Source: Fusobacteriia bacterium UBA1095 (lineage in GTDB: Bacteria > Fusobacteriota > Fusobacteriia > Bac17 > UBA816). From it: a DNA stretch of 64,000 bases. Under the pieces are notes generated by a model that did not search any database, was not told where the DNA came from, and saw only the letters and a list, made by a program, of their open reading frames with translations. The DNA lies in contig DCBY01000005.1 in the NCBI GenBank assembly GCA_002313635.1, positions 75,145-139,144 of the forward strand, given 5' to 3'. Positions 1 to 9,281 of the stretch are shown here, one piece after another (position 1 is the first letter of the stretch; each line of letters begins with the position of its first letter). Both the position numbers and the translations under genes were made by a program.

Positions 1-512
1 GCTGACAATAAAATTTGATTGCCTAAATCTTTTTTTTCTTCCTTCAATTTGTCTAAAAGTTTTTTCACCAGCTCTTCTTTTTCATATATAAACAATATAT
101 CAGCCGTGCTTACTGCTTCTTCTCTATATTTGTAATTGTTTATTAGCCACTCTTTGCTTTCATCATTTATCTCATCAATTTTCCCTTCTGCTACTGATCT
201 TTCTAGCTTTGTTGCTCCTATTTTATCTAAAAACATTCTTTCTAATTCTTTACTTCTGTTTTTTCTTATTTTTAATAACAATCCATGTCTCAAAAAGTCT
301 TTGGGGATACGATTAAAAAATCCAGAGTCTCCCGTGTCTATTAATTTTTCATATACCTTATACGGTTGTTTTGAATAAAGCTTACTCAGAACAACCTCGG
401 CATTTTCCTGACTTGGACTTTGTATAACTTTGTCTATATCCTCTATTATTCCCTTAGATCCTGGATTGAACCTATTAAGAGTACAGCTCACCATCAAAAT
501 CAAAAATAACAT
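1..512 (-). CDS. Ankyrin-repeat lipoprotein paralog, N-terminal about 170 aa only; the gene continues past the window start
   Basis: The reverse-complement translation from ATG 512..510 reads MLFLILMVSCTLNRFNPGSKGIIEDIDKVIQSPSQENAE... with no stop before the window edge. It is about 85-90% identical at aa and nt level to the N-terminus of the 898..3522 gene. A GGGGTGGGGT RBS precedes the ATG. The hydrophobic N-terminus ends in Cys (lipobox-like). Confidence 0.7.
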   Translation of the reverse strand, partial: MLFLILMVSCTLNRFNPGSKGIIEDIDKVIQSPSQENAEVVLSKLYSKQPYKVYEKLIDTGDSGFFNRIPKDFLRHGLLLKIRKNRSKELERMFLDKIGATKLERSVAEGKIDEINDESKEWLINNYKYREEAVSTADILFIYEKEELVKKLLDKLKEEKKDLGNQILLS

Positions 513-548
513 ACCCCACCCCTTTTTTTTAGTTAATCATCTAAAAAC

Positions 549-578
549 ATTACTATCACATCATAAAGGAACTGTCAA
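549..578 (-). promoter_or_regulatory. Putative sigma70-like promoter (TTGACA-17 nt-TAGTAAT) for the truncated ankyrin paralog
   Basis: On the minus strand a TTGACA (573..578) lies 17 nt from TAGTAAT (549..555), about 35 nt upstream of the ATG. The element is conserved in the duplicated copy at 3560..3589. Confidence 0.35.
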
Positions 579-897
579 TGATATTTTGATTAATAAATTG
601 AAATTATTATAACTGCAATTACTTATTTTAGTAAGACGGATATACAATTATCTTAATGATGAATAATTATTTACTAATTTGTAATATTTCAAAATAATTA
701 GCAATTTTTGTTAAATTGATTGTTTTCTGACCAATTTCTTTTTTTCTAGTTATACTTTTCTATTCCTCTCTTCATTAATATACTGCATACTTCCTTATGT
801 GGATTTGTTTTTGCTGTCATGTCAGCAGGATCCTCTATGCAAAAGAGATTTTTTATAGTTGTATTAAACCCTTTCTTATCCAACACTAAAATCAAGG

Positions 898-3522
898 CTA
901 TTTGCTTCTATCAACAGATTCATCGCATCCAAGCTTTTTTCTAACATGCCTTAGAGAATCCTTTTCATGCTCTCTTTTTTCATTTTTTATAATTGATTCT
1001 TCTTTTATTTTTATTACCTCCTTCATAAGGCAATTTTTTATTAACATCTTTTCCAATCTTTCATTCTCTACTCTTTCTTCCATGTTATCACCTTCATTAG
1101 CCACAATCTTATTTACTAATTCATCTACAGCATCCTTCCACTCATCACTTAAACCCTGTCTTTTTCTCTTTTCTCTTGTATCTTCCAAAATCTCTCTTAA
1201 ATTTTTTCCTTCTACAATTTTTTTCTCTAAAATTCTAATTAAATTTATTGATTTACCCTTTTCTAGAGATTCCTCATCCAGGTGCAAAATATTATCTTTA
1301 ATCAGTTTCAATTTCACAGCAATTTGTGTTTGACTTATGTGCTTAAGATCTGCTCCTCTTTCTATTAGAAGTTCACATACTTCCGTGAATTCATTATTCA
1401 CTGCAAGGTTTAATGCTGTACCACTACCTGCCAGCACATCCAATTTTGCTCCCTTATCTATTAGAAGTTCACATACTTCTTTACGACCTTCTAATGCTCC
1501 CAACATCAATGCTGTCCACCCATCTTTATCTACTGCATCTACTTTTGCTCCTCTTTCTATTAGAAGTTCACATACTTCTTTATGCCCTCCTGATGCCCCA
1601 AACATCAATGATGTCCATTTATCTTTATCTACTGCGTCTATTTTCACACCTCTTTCTAATAGTAGCTCACATACCTCCTTATGACCTCTATGTGCTCCAA
1701 ACATCAATGCTGTCCATTTATCTTTATCTACTGCATCTATTTCCACTCCTCTTTCTAATAGTAGCTCACATACCTCCTTATGACCTCCACATGCTCCAAA
1801 CATCAAAGTTGTCCTTCCATTTTTATTTACTGTGTCTATTTTTGTTCCCTTATCTATTAGCAATTCACATACTTCTCTATGACCTTTCCACGCTCCTAAC
1901 ATCAATGGTATACATCCATCTTTATTTGCTATATCTACTTTTGCTCCTCTTTCTATTAGAAGTTCACATATTTCTTTATAACCCTCCCATGCTACAATCA
2001 TCAATGCTGTCCATCCATCTTCATCTGCCATATCTACTTTTGCTCCTCTATCAAGCAATAAAGTACATACCTCTTTACGGCCCTTGTATGCTGCATACAT
2101 TAACGCAGTTGCACCATACTCCATTTCACTATTATCAGGACATTCAGAATCTTTGCTACATAAGGCATCTTCACCCTTTTTATTCACTTTAGCATGGACA
2201 CTAGCTCCTTTATCTAATAGTAATTTACATACTTCTAAATGACCATTTTGTGCAGCATAGATCAATGCAGTTATACCCCATTCTTGATATTTTTTTTCTA
2301 TCTTAGGATCTTCTGAGTAATTTCCAAGATATCCTTTTGTCAAACATAATTGTTCAACATCCTTTCTAAATTCTGCATCTACCTCGGCTCCTCTATCAAT
2401 CAATAACTCACACACCTCCTTATGCCCATTCTTTGCAGCAAAAATCAATGCTGTTAAGCCCATTTTATTTTCGCACAAACTATTTATACGTTGTGGAAGC
2501 AAGAAGGCAAACCAGGGTAAAGAGGTGGCTTTCTCCCCTATCCTTTCTTTGTTAATTTTGATATTGACACCTGCTCCTTTATCAATTAACAATTCACATA
2601 CTTCCTTGTGCCCATTCTCTGCTGCATGAATCAAGGCTGTCATTCCTTCTATATCTCTTATGTCTATATCCGCACCTCTGTCTAGCAATAATTCACAGAC
2701 ATTGCGATGCCCATTTTTTGCTGCATAACCTAAAGCTGTTGGGCCTTCGTACCATTTATATACAAATTCACAATTATTATCCGTTTTTTCATTGAGACTT
2801 GCTCTACTTTCCCTCATTTCTTGATTATCTCTAGAGTTACTTTCGCAAATTTTATTATTCACCACATTAATATCTGCTCCCTTGTCTATTAATAATTCGC
2901 ATATATCTTTATGTCCATTTTCTGCTGCTAAAAGGAAACCATCATTTATATTATTAGCTAGATTACTCTCTAATAAATGTTCAATCAAACCACAGTTCCC
3001 CACTTTTGAAGCTGATAATAAAATTTGATTGCCTAAATCTTTTCTTTCTTCCTTCAATTTGTCTAAAAGTTTTTTCACTAGCTCTTCTTTTTCATAGATA
3101 AACAATATACCTGCCGTGCCTACTGCTTCTTCTCTATATTTGTAATTTTTTATTAGCCACTCTTTGCTTTTGTCATTTATTTCATCAGCTTTTCCTTCTA
3201 CTACTAATCTTTCTAGCTCTGTTGCTTTTATTCTATCTAAAAACATTCTTTCTAATTCTATATTTTTGTTTTTTCGTATTTTTAATAACAATCCATGTCT
3301 CAAAAATTCTTTGGGAATATGATTAAAAAATCTAGTGTCTCCTGTGTCTATCAATTTTTCATACACCTTATACGAGTATTTGGAATTTAGATTACTCAGA
3401 ACAGCCTCGGCATTTTCCTGACTTGGGCTTTGTATAACTTTGTCTATGTCCTCCATTATTCCCTTAGATCCTGGATTGAACCTATTAAGAGCGCAACTCA
3501 GCATTAAAATTAAAAATAACAT
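898..3522 (-). CDS. Ankyrin-repeat lipoprotein (about 20 ANK repeats) with a conserved N-terminal domain and a conserved C-terminal helical domain
   Basis: The 874-aa ORF has repeated 33-aa units G-TAL-AA--GH-EVCELLLD-GA-VD. The N-terminus MLFLILMLSC ends in Cys. A strong RBS (AAGGGGGTGG) precedes the ATG, and a TAA stop lies in frame upstream. Confidence 0.85.
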   Translation of the reverse strand: MLFLILMLSCALNRFNPGSKGIMEDIDKVIQSPSQENAEAVLSNLNSKYSYKVYEKLIDTGDTRFFNHIPKEFLRHGLLLKIRKNKNIELERMFLDRIKATELERLVVEGKADEINDKSKEWLIKNYKYREEAVGTAGILFIYEKEELVKKLLDKLKEERKDLGNQILLSASKVGNCGLIEHLLESNLANNINDGFLLAAENGHKDICELLIDKGADINVVNNKICESNSRDNQEMRESRASLNEKTDNNCEFVYKWYEGPTALGYAAKNGHRNVCELLLDRGADIDIRDIEGMTALIHAAENGHKEVCELLIDKGAGVNIKINKERIGEKATSLPWFAFLLPQRINSLCENKMGLTALIFAAKNGHKEVCELLIDRGAEVDAEFRKDVEQLCLTKGYLGNYSEDPKIEKKYQEWGITALIYAAQNGHLEVCKLLLDKGASVHAKVNKKGEDALCSKDSECPDNSEMEYGATALMYAAYKGRKEVCTLLLDRGAKVDMADEDGWTALMIVAWEGYKEICELLIERGAKVDIANKDGCIPLMLGAWKGHREVCELLIDKGTKIDTVNKNGRTTLMFGACGGHKEVCELLLERGVEIDAVDKDKWTALMFGAHRGHKEVCELLLERGVKIDAVDKDKWTSLMFGASGGHKEVCELLIERGAKVDAVDKDGWTALMLGALEGRKEVCELLIDKGAKLDVLAGSGTALNLAVNNEFTEVCELLIERGADLKHISQTQIAVKLKLIKDNILHLDEESLEKGKSINLIRILEKKIVEGKNLREILEDTREKRKRQGLSDEWKDAVDELVNKIVANEGDNMEERVENERLEKMLIKNCLMKEVIKIKEESIIKNEKREHEKDSLRHVRKKLGCDESVDRSK
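1350..2100 (-). repeat. Intragenic tandem 99-bp (33-aa ANK) repeats with very high nucleotide identity
   Basis: The motif gctcctctttctattagaagttcacatacttc recurs at about 1352, 1451, 1548 and 1950. The segments 1620-1700 and 1719-1799 are about 95% identical. The period is 99 nt. Confidence 0.8.
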
Positions 3523-3710
3523 ATTCCACCCCCTTTTTTTAATTAATTATCTACAAAACATAATCACCACAATATGAAACAATTGTCAACAGTATTTTAA
3601 CTAAATTTAAATTATTATGATTAACACTTCCCATTTTGGTGAGTTTGGGATATCAAAAATTATCTTAATAATAAATAATTATTGACAAATTTATTGATTT
3701 TTTATTGGTA
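3010..3710. repeat. About 0.7-kb segmental duplication partner of 1..690 (gene 5' end plus promoter and upstream region)
   Basis: A direct visual alignment of 1..620 with 3010..3640 gives about 88-90% identity. Similarity continues weakly to about 690 and 3710. Confidence 0.8.
3560..3589 (-). promoter_or_regulatory. Putative sigma70-like promoter (TTGACA-17 nt-TGATTAT) for the ankyrin lipoprotein gene
   Basis: On the minus strand a TTGACA (3584..3589) lies 17 nt from TGATTAT (3560..3566), about 38 nt upstream of ATG 3522. Confidence 0.35.
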
Positions 3711-3848
3711 TACACTCTTTTTTGTCTTGCCTTTTATATAATATTAGTTGTACAAGGCTTACTCTGTTGCTAGAAAATGTTTATAGTATTGATAGGTTTT
3801 ACAATATTTTCTAAATAATTTATGGATATTAATTTATAATTACTTATT

Positions 3849-3877
3849 AAAAAAGCTAGGATATTAGAGATCCTAGC
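3849..3877 (-). terminator. Rho-independent terminator downstream of dnaN
   Basis: A perfect 8-bp stem GCTAGGAT/ATCCTAGC with a 7-nt loop is followed on the minus strand by TTTTTT. It lies 64 nt after the dnaN stop. Confidence 0.55.
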
Positions 3878-3940
3878 TTAATAATTTGGTATCTTCAAAC
3901 TATAATTACGAGAGATGATAATTTATAAATAACTAACTTA

Positions 3941-5047
3941 TTAACTTAATGACAGAGGCATAGTTAGACATAAAAAATTATCATTATCTTCTTCACTTAA
4001 CAATACAGCACTATCTGAATCACTAAGCTTTAAAATACTGTTCTTTTCTATCTGATTCAAGTAGTCTAATACAAACTTTACATTCAAAGCAATTGAAACA
4101 TCATCTCCCTTTTTCACTATTGACATTTTTTCTTTTACTTTTGCTTGGTCAGATATAGCTTTAACTTCTAAGCAATTGTCTTTAAAATAGAAATTAGCAC
4201 CATTCCTAACATCAGAATTATCTCTAGCAAAAAACTGTACTCTTTTCAGCATTGATGTAAGTTCTTCATTATTACATAAAACTTCTTTATCAGAGTTGAA
4301 ATTATTTATTATACTTTCATAGTCAGGATATGGTAGGTCTATTAGTTTACTTAATATTTCCACATTACCTATTTTGAAATGAATTAAGTTTTTTGAATAA
4401 GAAATTTCAATACCTTCAGATCCAACATTTCTTATTATCTTTAGAATAGCATTTGCTGTTTTTAAAGGAATACTTGCTCTTATATCCGATTCAGAAGATA
4501 TCTCTTTTTCAAAAAAGAATAATCTGTAAGTATCTGAAGTAATAACTCGCATTTTGTTGCCGGTAATATCTAATCTAACAGAGTGAACTGCCAAATTGTC
4601 AGGAGTTGTTGCTGCACCGACTATCGTCTTTTCAACAGCTTCTGTAAAGTCTGAAGCACCCACACTGCAAAAAGAAGCAGGTTCAAAAGTAAATGTCTCT
4701 GGATACTCATTATGATCAATAATGGAGTAGCTTGAGGATGAATTAGCAGTTGTTATATTTATCTCATTATTTATCTGCTGTATTCTTATAATGTCATCAT
4801 TTATCTCTCTGAGATAATCCTGTAAAGTGGAGGATTTGATAACTGCTATTCCTGGGCTAGCTATCTCTGCATCTACTCTTGCAGATATGCTTAATTCTAA
4901 ATCTGTACCCCTTATTTCGAATGAATCTTCTTTTACGTCTAAGTATATTCCTGATATAGCTGGAATAGTCTTGTTATCCCTAACTGCATTACCAACATTT
5001 TGTAGAGCTAATAAAAAGTCTTCTCTTTTAACTTTAAAATCTATCAT
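3941..5047 (-). CDS. dnaN: DNA polymerase III beta sliding clamp
   Basis: The 368-aa protein has three-domain clamp-like sequence (MIDFKV...LLALQNV...IRGTDLELSI...). Its length is typical. Confidence 0.8.
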   Translation of the reverse strand: MIDFKVKREDFLLALQNVGNAVRDNKTIPAISGIYLDVKEDSFEIRGTDLELSISARVDAEIASPGIAVIKSSTLQDYLREINDDIIRIQQINNEINITTANSSSSYSIIDHNEYPETFTFEPASFCSVGASDFTEAVEKTIVGAATTPDNLAVHSVRLDITGNKMRVITSDTYRLFFFEKEISSESDIRASIPLKTANAILKIIRNVGSEGIEISYSKNLIHFKIGNVEILSKLIDLPYPDYESIINNFNSDKEVLCNNEELTSMLKRVQFFARDNSDVRNGANFYFKDNCLEVKAISDQAKVKEKMSIVKKGDDVSIALNVKFVLDYLNQIEKNSILKLSDSDSAVLLSEEDNDNFLCLTMPLSLS

Positions 5048-5990
5048 CTATTTTCTCCTTAAAAATTGTTAACAAATTTCTATAGTCAACACCTTCATAT
5101 AGTATAGAGTATAACAAATCATTCAGTTTAAGTTCCAGATTATTTTTGTCAGAAAGTTTTTTAACTGCCCTAATTGTTGAAATTCCTTCGACCACGGTGT
5201 TCATTTTCTTCAATGCATCTTCTTTACTAATTCCTCTACCTATCATCTCTCCAAATCTTCTATTTCTTCCGTGCATAAAGGTAGCTATGAGGTCTCCAAC
5301 TCCATTAGGTAGGTGTAGCTTCATATTTGAATTAATAAAATTGACCATTTTTTTAATTTCCATACAAGAGATGGATATTAAAGCAGATTTACTATTTATT
5401 GATAAATTCATACCTTCTGCTATCCCATAAGCTATAGCATAAATATTTTTCATAGCTGCCATTATTTCTGTGAATGCAATATCATTGTCTTTTATTATAT
5501 TTAAATAATCTACATTGAATAGACTTGTAACTTCTTTAGCAAATTCTGTGTTTTCAGAAGAGCAAGTCATGAAAGAAAATGCACCTTTTAATAACTCTTT
5601 AGCATGAGTAGGTCCGTAAAGGGATGCAATATTTTCTTTACCTATCTCCGCTAAAGTTTGGCTTATCCTTTTACCACTCTCTATATCTATTCCTTTAGAT
5701 AAAATAATGAAATTCTTTTTTTGATTTATGTTAACTAAGTTTTCTTTGATAGTTTGAGAAGGAAGAGCAATAAAAATGAAGTCATGCCCTTCCAACTCAT
5801 TTAGATCAGAATGAAAAAATCTTACCTTGCTAGAATATGGTACATCTAAATTTCGATGAATACCACTGTTTAAATCAGGTACAGGACCCTCAATGTAACT
5901 CCAGGTATGAACCTCATTTCCAGAGTCAGCTAAAACAGAAGCAACAGCAGTTCCCCATACTCCAGCACCTAAGACAAGAATTTTAGCCAT
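5034..5990 (-). CDS. gpsA: NAD(P)H-dependent glycerol-3-phosphate dehydrogenase
   Basis: The 318-aa protein has an N-terminal Rossmann motif KILVLGAGVWGTAVA and a GpsA-like core. It overlaps the dnaN start by 14 nt. Confidence 0.8.
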   Translation of the reverse strand: MAKILVLGAGVWGTAVASVLADSGNEVHTWSYIEGPVPDLNSGIHRNLDVPYSSKVRFFHSDLNELEGHDFIFIALPSQTIKENLVNINQKKNFIILSKGIDIESGKRISQTLAEIGKENIASLYGPTHAKELLKGAFSFMTCSSENTEFAKEVTSLFNVDYLNIIKDNDIAFTEIMAAMKNIYAIAYGIAEGMNLSINSKSALISISCMEIKKMVNFINSNMKLHLPNGVGDLIATFMHGRNRRFGEMIGRGISKEDALKKMNTVVEGISTIRAVKKLSDKNNLELKLNDLLYSILYEGVDYRNLLTIFKEKIDDRF

Positions 5991-7239
5991 TTAAACTACT
6001 TAAAATCTCTTCTGATATATCACTTCCAGCAAAATATGATCCTATACTTACTTCAGAATCAAGCATGATAACCTTTATCTTCTTAGAGTTAGCAACTCTT
6101 CTAGCTGCTGATTTTATGTCATTCATAACTTTTTCTTCATCATCTTTTACTGTATTTAAAAGAGATTGAGCTCTAACAGTTCTTTCTCTACCAAATTCTT
6201 CTTCGGCTTTTTTTATTTCAGCCTCTGACTTACCTTCATCTTTCATTTTTTGTATGTTTTCATATTTTTTAGAAAGCTCTTCATCAAATGTTTCTCTCTG
6301 ATTGTCGTGTTTGCTCTTTATGTTTTGATATCTTTTATATCCATCTAACACTTTATTCAAGTTAACAAAAGCAACTTTTGATGAAGAAAAGTCTTCTTCT
6401 CTTCCATACTCATTTATGAAATCTTGGGTTAAATCATCTCCGCCTGAATATACAAGTTCCTTATTAACAATAAGGTCATAGCCTTTAGTTTTGGCTAAAA
6501 ATCTTGCTGTATTCTTTAGGCCTTTATCGATTTGCTCCAATATTAGTTGCTGTGCGCTATTAGCATCTTCGCTTAGTTCCCTAAGCTCTTTCTCAGCAGC
6601 ATCTAGATCAAAATCTTTATCATTTTTATCTTGTTCATCAAGCAACTCTTTTTGTCTTTCATGAAATTTCTTTATCTTCTCATCCACAAATTCTCTAAGG
6701 TTTTTTGCTTCTTCTGAAGAATTCATAAATTTCGCAGTATCCACATAACCTACTTTTATCTTTTCGTGTGGAAGACTTAATGAACCTCTCTTACCTGACA
6801 ATTTGTCTATAACAAACTTAGTAACATCTTCTCCTCCATAAAGAAGAGTTGAAGAGTCAATAAGACAAAAATCGCTTATTCCGCTTGAGACAACATCTTT
6901 TATCTCTTTCCTATTTTGTTCATCTAAAAGCTTAGAATATCTTGATAATTCCTCTTGCTTTTTGATTTTGGTAAGTTGAAAATTAAGTAGCTTACTCTGG
7001 AATTCTTTTTTCTCCTTCTCAGTTACTTTATCTCCCTTTTTCATTATCTTGGACTGTTCTTCTTCCAGTTCGCTTGCTATTCTAGAAAGCTCTGATATGC
7101 TTTGACTATATTTATCTTGTAATAGAGAAGTAGACTCTCTAAAACTTTTACTTACATCCTTAACCTTATCTAATTTAAAATGAAGAATGCTTGCAAAAGC
7201 TGATTCAAACGCAAATAAAAACAAAATTTTTCTTTTCAT
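5983..7239 (-). CDS. skp: Skp/OmpH-family periplasmic chaperone composed of three tandem Skp-like modules
   Basis: The 418-aa protein has a signal peptide followed by three modules of about 135 aa. Each module is a coiled-coil stretch ending in an OmpH-type C-terminal motif: ISDFCLIDSSTLLYGGEDVT, KGYDLIVNKELVYSGGDDLT and KIKVIMLDSEVSIGSYFAGSD. The gene sits directly downstream of bamA. Confidence 0.6.
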   Translation of the reverse strand: MKRKILFLFAFESAFASILHFKLDKVKDVSKSFRESTSLLQDKYSQSISELSRIASELEEEQSKIMKKGDKVTEKEKKEFQSKLLNFQLTKIKKQEELSRYSKLLDEQNRKEIKDVVSSGISDFCLIDSSTLLYGGEDVTKFVIDKLSGKRGSLSLPHEKIKVGYVDTAKFMNSSEEAKNLREFVDEKIKKFHERQKELLDEQDKNDKDFDLDAAEKELRELSEDANSAQQLILEQIDKGLKNTARFLAKTKGYDLIVNKELVYSGGDDLTQDFINEYGREEDFSSSKVAFVNLNKVLDGYKRYQNIKSKHDNQRETFDEELSKKYENIQKMKDEGKSEAEIKKAEEEFGRERTVRAQSLLNTVKDDEEKVMNDIKSAARRVANSKKIKVIMLDSEVSIGSYFAGSDISEEILSSLNG

Positions 7240-7256
7240 GTAACCACCCCTCCCTA

Positions 7257-9281
7257 TTAAAAAGTATATCCGAAATTGAACTCAGGTTTCAAGAAGGAAT
7301 CTTCCTGATCAATCGGAAAGCTCAAATTAAAAGATATAGGCAAAAGGAATTTTTTGATTCTAAGGCCTATACCAATAGATTTTTTATTTTTCTCTATTAA
7401 GTCATGGAGTGAATTCATATCACTCTCAAATATAGAGAAACCTACGTCAAAAAATACAAAAGATTCCAACTTTATTTCCTTGTCATAAAGGGATAATCTA
7501 TTTTCCAAATTAAATAGGATATAGATATTTCCTTTCATTGTTTCTGTATCATACCCCCTTATGGTTGTATGACCACCTAAATTATAACCTCCATAATTTA
7601 TATTGTGATCACTAATAAATTTGGAGTAGGCTAAGTCCAGCCTAATTGCTATTGTATTCATTTCAGCTAAAAAAGGCAAATATAATTTATTAGAAATATT
7701 TGTTATTAACACATCTGGTTTATTTTTGAAATTCCTATACTCTATACCTGAAAATGGGAAATGGGTCTCCCATCCCAATGACAACTTGAAATAGTAACCA
7801 TTCGTAGGATCTACATAGTTATCAAGTAAATTTAAAGATATCGATCCTGTTACAGTATTTTCTACGTAAAGATCCCACAAATGATTAGTAAAAGAGCTAG
7901 ACATTTCATCGTACTGCTCTATAATTTTAATGTCCTCTTTAAGGGACAATCTTAGTTCATTTCCATAGAGAGGAAAGCCTAAATTAAGACTTGCACCACT
8001 CACAATAGTATTGTTAAAGTACATATCATCTTTTTTAGAATCTTGATTAGTTCTATAAAGATCTATACCATAAGAAATTCTGTTAGTTCCATATATCCAT
8101 GGATCAAAGAAATATACTCTTCCCTTCCACTTATTATTAATGTCATAGTCAAAAGAGACTGCAACATCAAATTCTCTACCTAAAAAGTTTTTGTTTTCAA
8201 AATTAAAATTAGCTTTAAGATCACCACCAAAAGTACCGTTAAGTCCCATGCTAAATTTTATACCAAACTCTTCTTCAACTATAAATTCAATATTTTTTTT
8301 GTTTCCCTCACCAGGGGCTACATTAGGAGCTATACTTTTAAAGAATCCTAATCGTTTTAAATCTCTTACACTTTTGTTTAGATCACTCTTCTTTAAAGGT
8401 TTACCCTCCTCTAGATTAACATGTCTTCTTAAAACATAATCATAAGTGTTTAACTTTTCTGAATCATGTAGATAATTTTTTCTTTTGAATAAAATTTTAC
8501 CAACTAGAGGTTCTTTGATATCAAATATAAGAGAATCTCCTTCAAATAGAGGATTAATAGTTATTCCAGTATAATCTTTATCAGAGTAAATTTTCTCTAT
8601 TCTAGATACATCTGCAAACAGCACTCTAACATTTAAAATATTATCTTTTTCTGTTTTAACTACTTCAAGGAGTTCTTCGTCAGTTATTAAACTATTACCT
8701 CTAAATAATATATCACTTCCAACATATTTATTTTCTTCAACAATTATAGTAATCTCAACCCCATCATCAGTATTGAACATAGAGTACGATACTTTAGAAA
8801 ATAATCCCATTCTTTCTATAGAGTTTTTTACTAATTCCAGTCTATCCTTTGAATAATAGTTTCCAACTTGTATATCGACATTTTTCAAAATATCTTCATT
8901 ATCTACACTATAGTTACCCTCTATATTCAATTTAATTATTAATGGAGGTACTTTATTAGAGAGAATTTCACTATTCGTGTATATCCCCTTATTTTTAAGA
9001 ATATTGTATATATCGCCTTTTTCTTCAACTTCTAAATCTAAAATTAGTCTACCAGACTCTACTACTGGTTTTATATGAACATTATCAAAATAGCCTAAAT
9101 TTAATAAATTAGCATAACTTGATGTCAATTTTTTGATTTCAAAATCTTCTTTCTCTTTGAAATCAATATGATTCAATATAAGAAAATTAGGAACCTCTTT
9201 GTTTCCTTTTATACTAATCTCATCTATTTTAGAACTAGAATAAGATAAGGAAAAAATTAAAAAATAAAATAATAAAAACAT
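7257..9281 (-). CDS. bamA: Outer membrane protein assembly factor BamA (Omp85)
   Basis: The 674-aa protein has a signal peptide, a POTRA-like N-terminal region and a C-terminal beta-barrel ending in the aromatic beta-signal ...FNFGYTF. Confidence 0.8.
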   Translation of the reverse strand: MFLLFYFLIFSLSYSSSKIDEISIKGNKEVPNFLILNHIDFKEKEDFEIKKLTSSYANLLNLGYFDNVHIKPVVESGRLILDLEVEEKGDIYNILKNKGIYTNSEILSNKVPPLIIKLNIEGNYSVDNEDILKNVDIQVGNYYSKDRLELVKNSIERMGLFSKVSYSMFNTDDGVEITIIVEENKYVGSDILFRGNSLITDEELLEVVKTEKDNILNVRVLFADVSRIEKIYSDKDYTGITINPLFEGDSLIFDIKEPLVGKILFKRKNYLHDSEKLNTYDYVLRRHVNLEEGKPLKKSDLNKSVRDLKRLGFFKSIAPNVAPGEGNKKNIEFIVEEEFGIKFSMGLNGTFGGDLKANFNFENKNFLGREFDVAVSFDYDINNKWKGRVYFFDPWIYGTNRISYGIDLYRTNQDSKKDDMYFNNTIVSGASLNLGFPLYGNELRLSLKEDIKIIEQYDEMSSSFTNHLWDLYVENTVTGSISLNLLDNYVDPTNGYYFKLSLGWETHFPFSGIEYRNFKNKPDVLITNISNKLYLPFLAEMNTIAIRLDLAYSKFISDHNINYGGYNLGGHTTIRGYDTETMKGNIYILFNLENRLSLYDKEIKLESFVFFDVGFSIFESDMNSLHDLIEKNKKSIGIGLRIKKFLLPISFNLSFPIDQEDSFLKPEFNFGYTF

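Noticed and set aside
136-612. ORFs 136..378 and 430..612 on the plus strand
   Set aside because: They are antisense to the truncated ankyrin paralog (1..512), or lie in its promoter region. They have no RBS and low-complexity products.
902-2192. Long plus-strand ORFs (902..1333, 1337..1684, 1413..2192) inside the ankyrin gene
   Set aside because: They are antisense to a well-supported 874-aa ANK gene. The repetitive, codon-biased ANK sequence keeps antisense frames open. The products are low-complexity (poly-L/S/H) with no start context.
1350-2700. Regular direct repeats as a possible CRISPR array
   Set aside because: The period is 99 nt with no short conserved repeat or unique spacer structure. 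The repeats are in-frame ANK-coding units of a continuous ORF.
3523-3940. oriC next to dnaN
   Set aside because: There is no dnaA gene adjacent. I could find no cluster of TTATCCACA-like DnaA boxes by eye. The region is explained by the ankyrin promoter plus the dnaN terminator.
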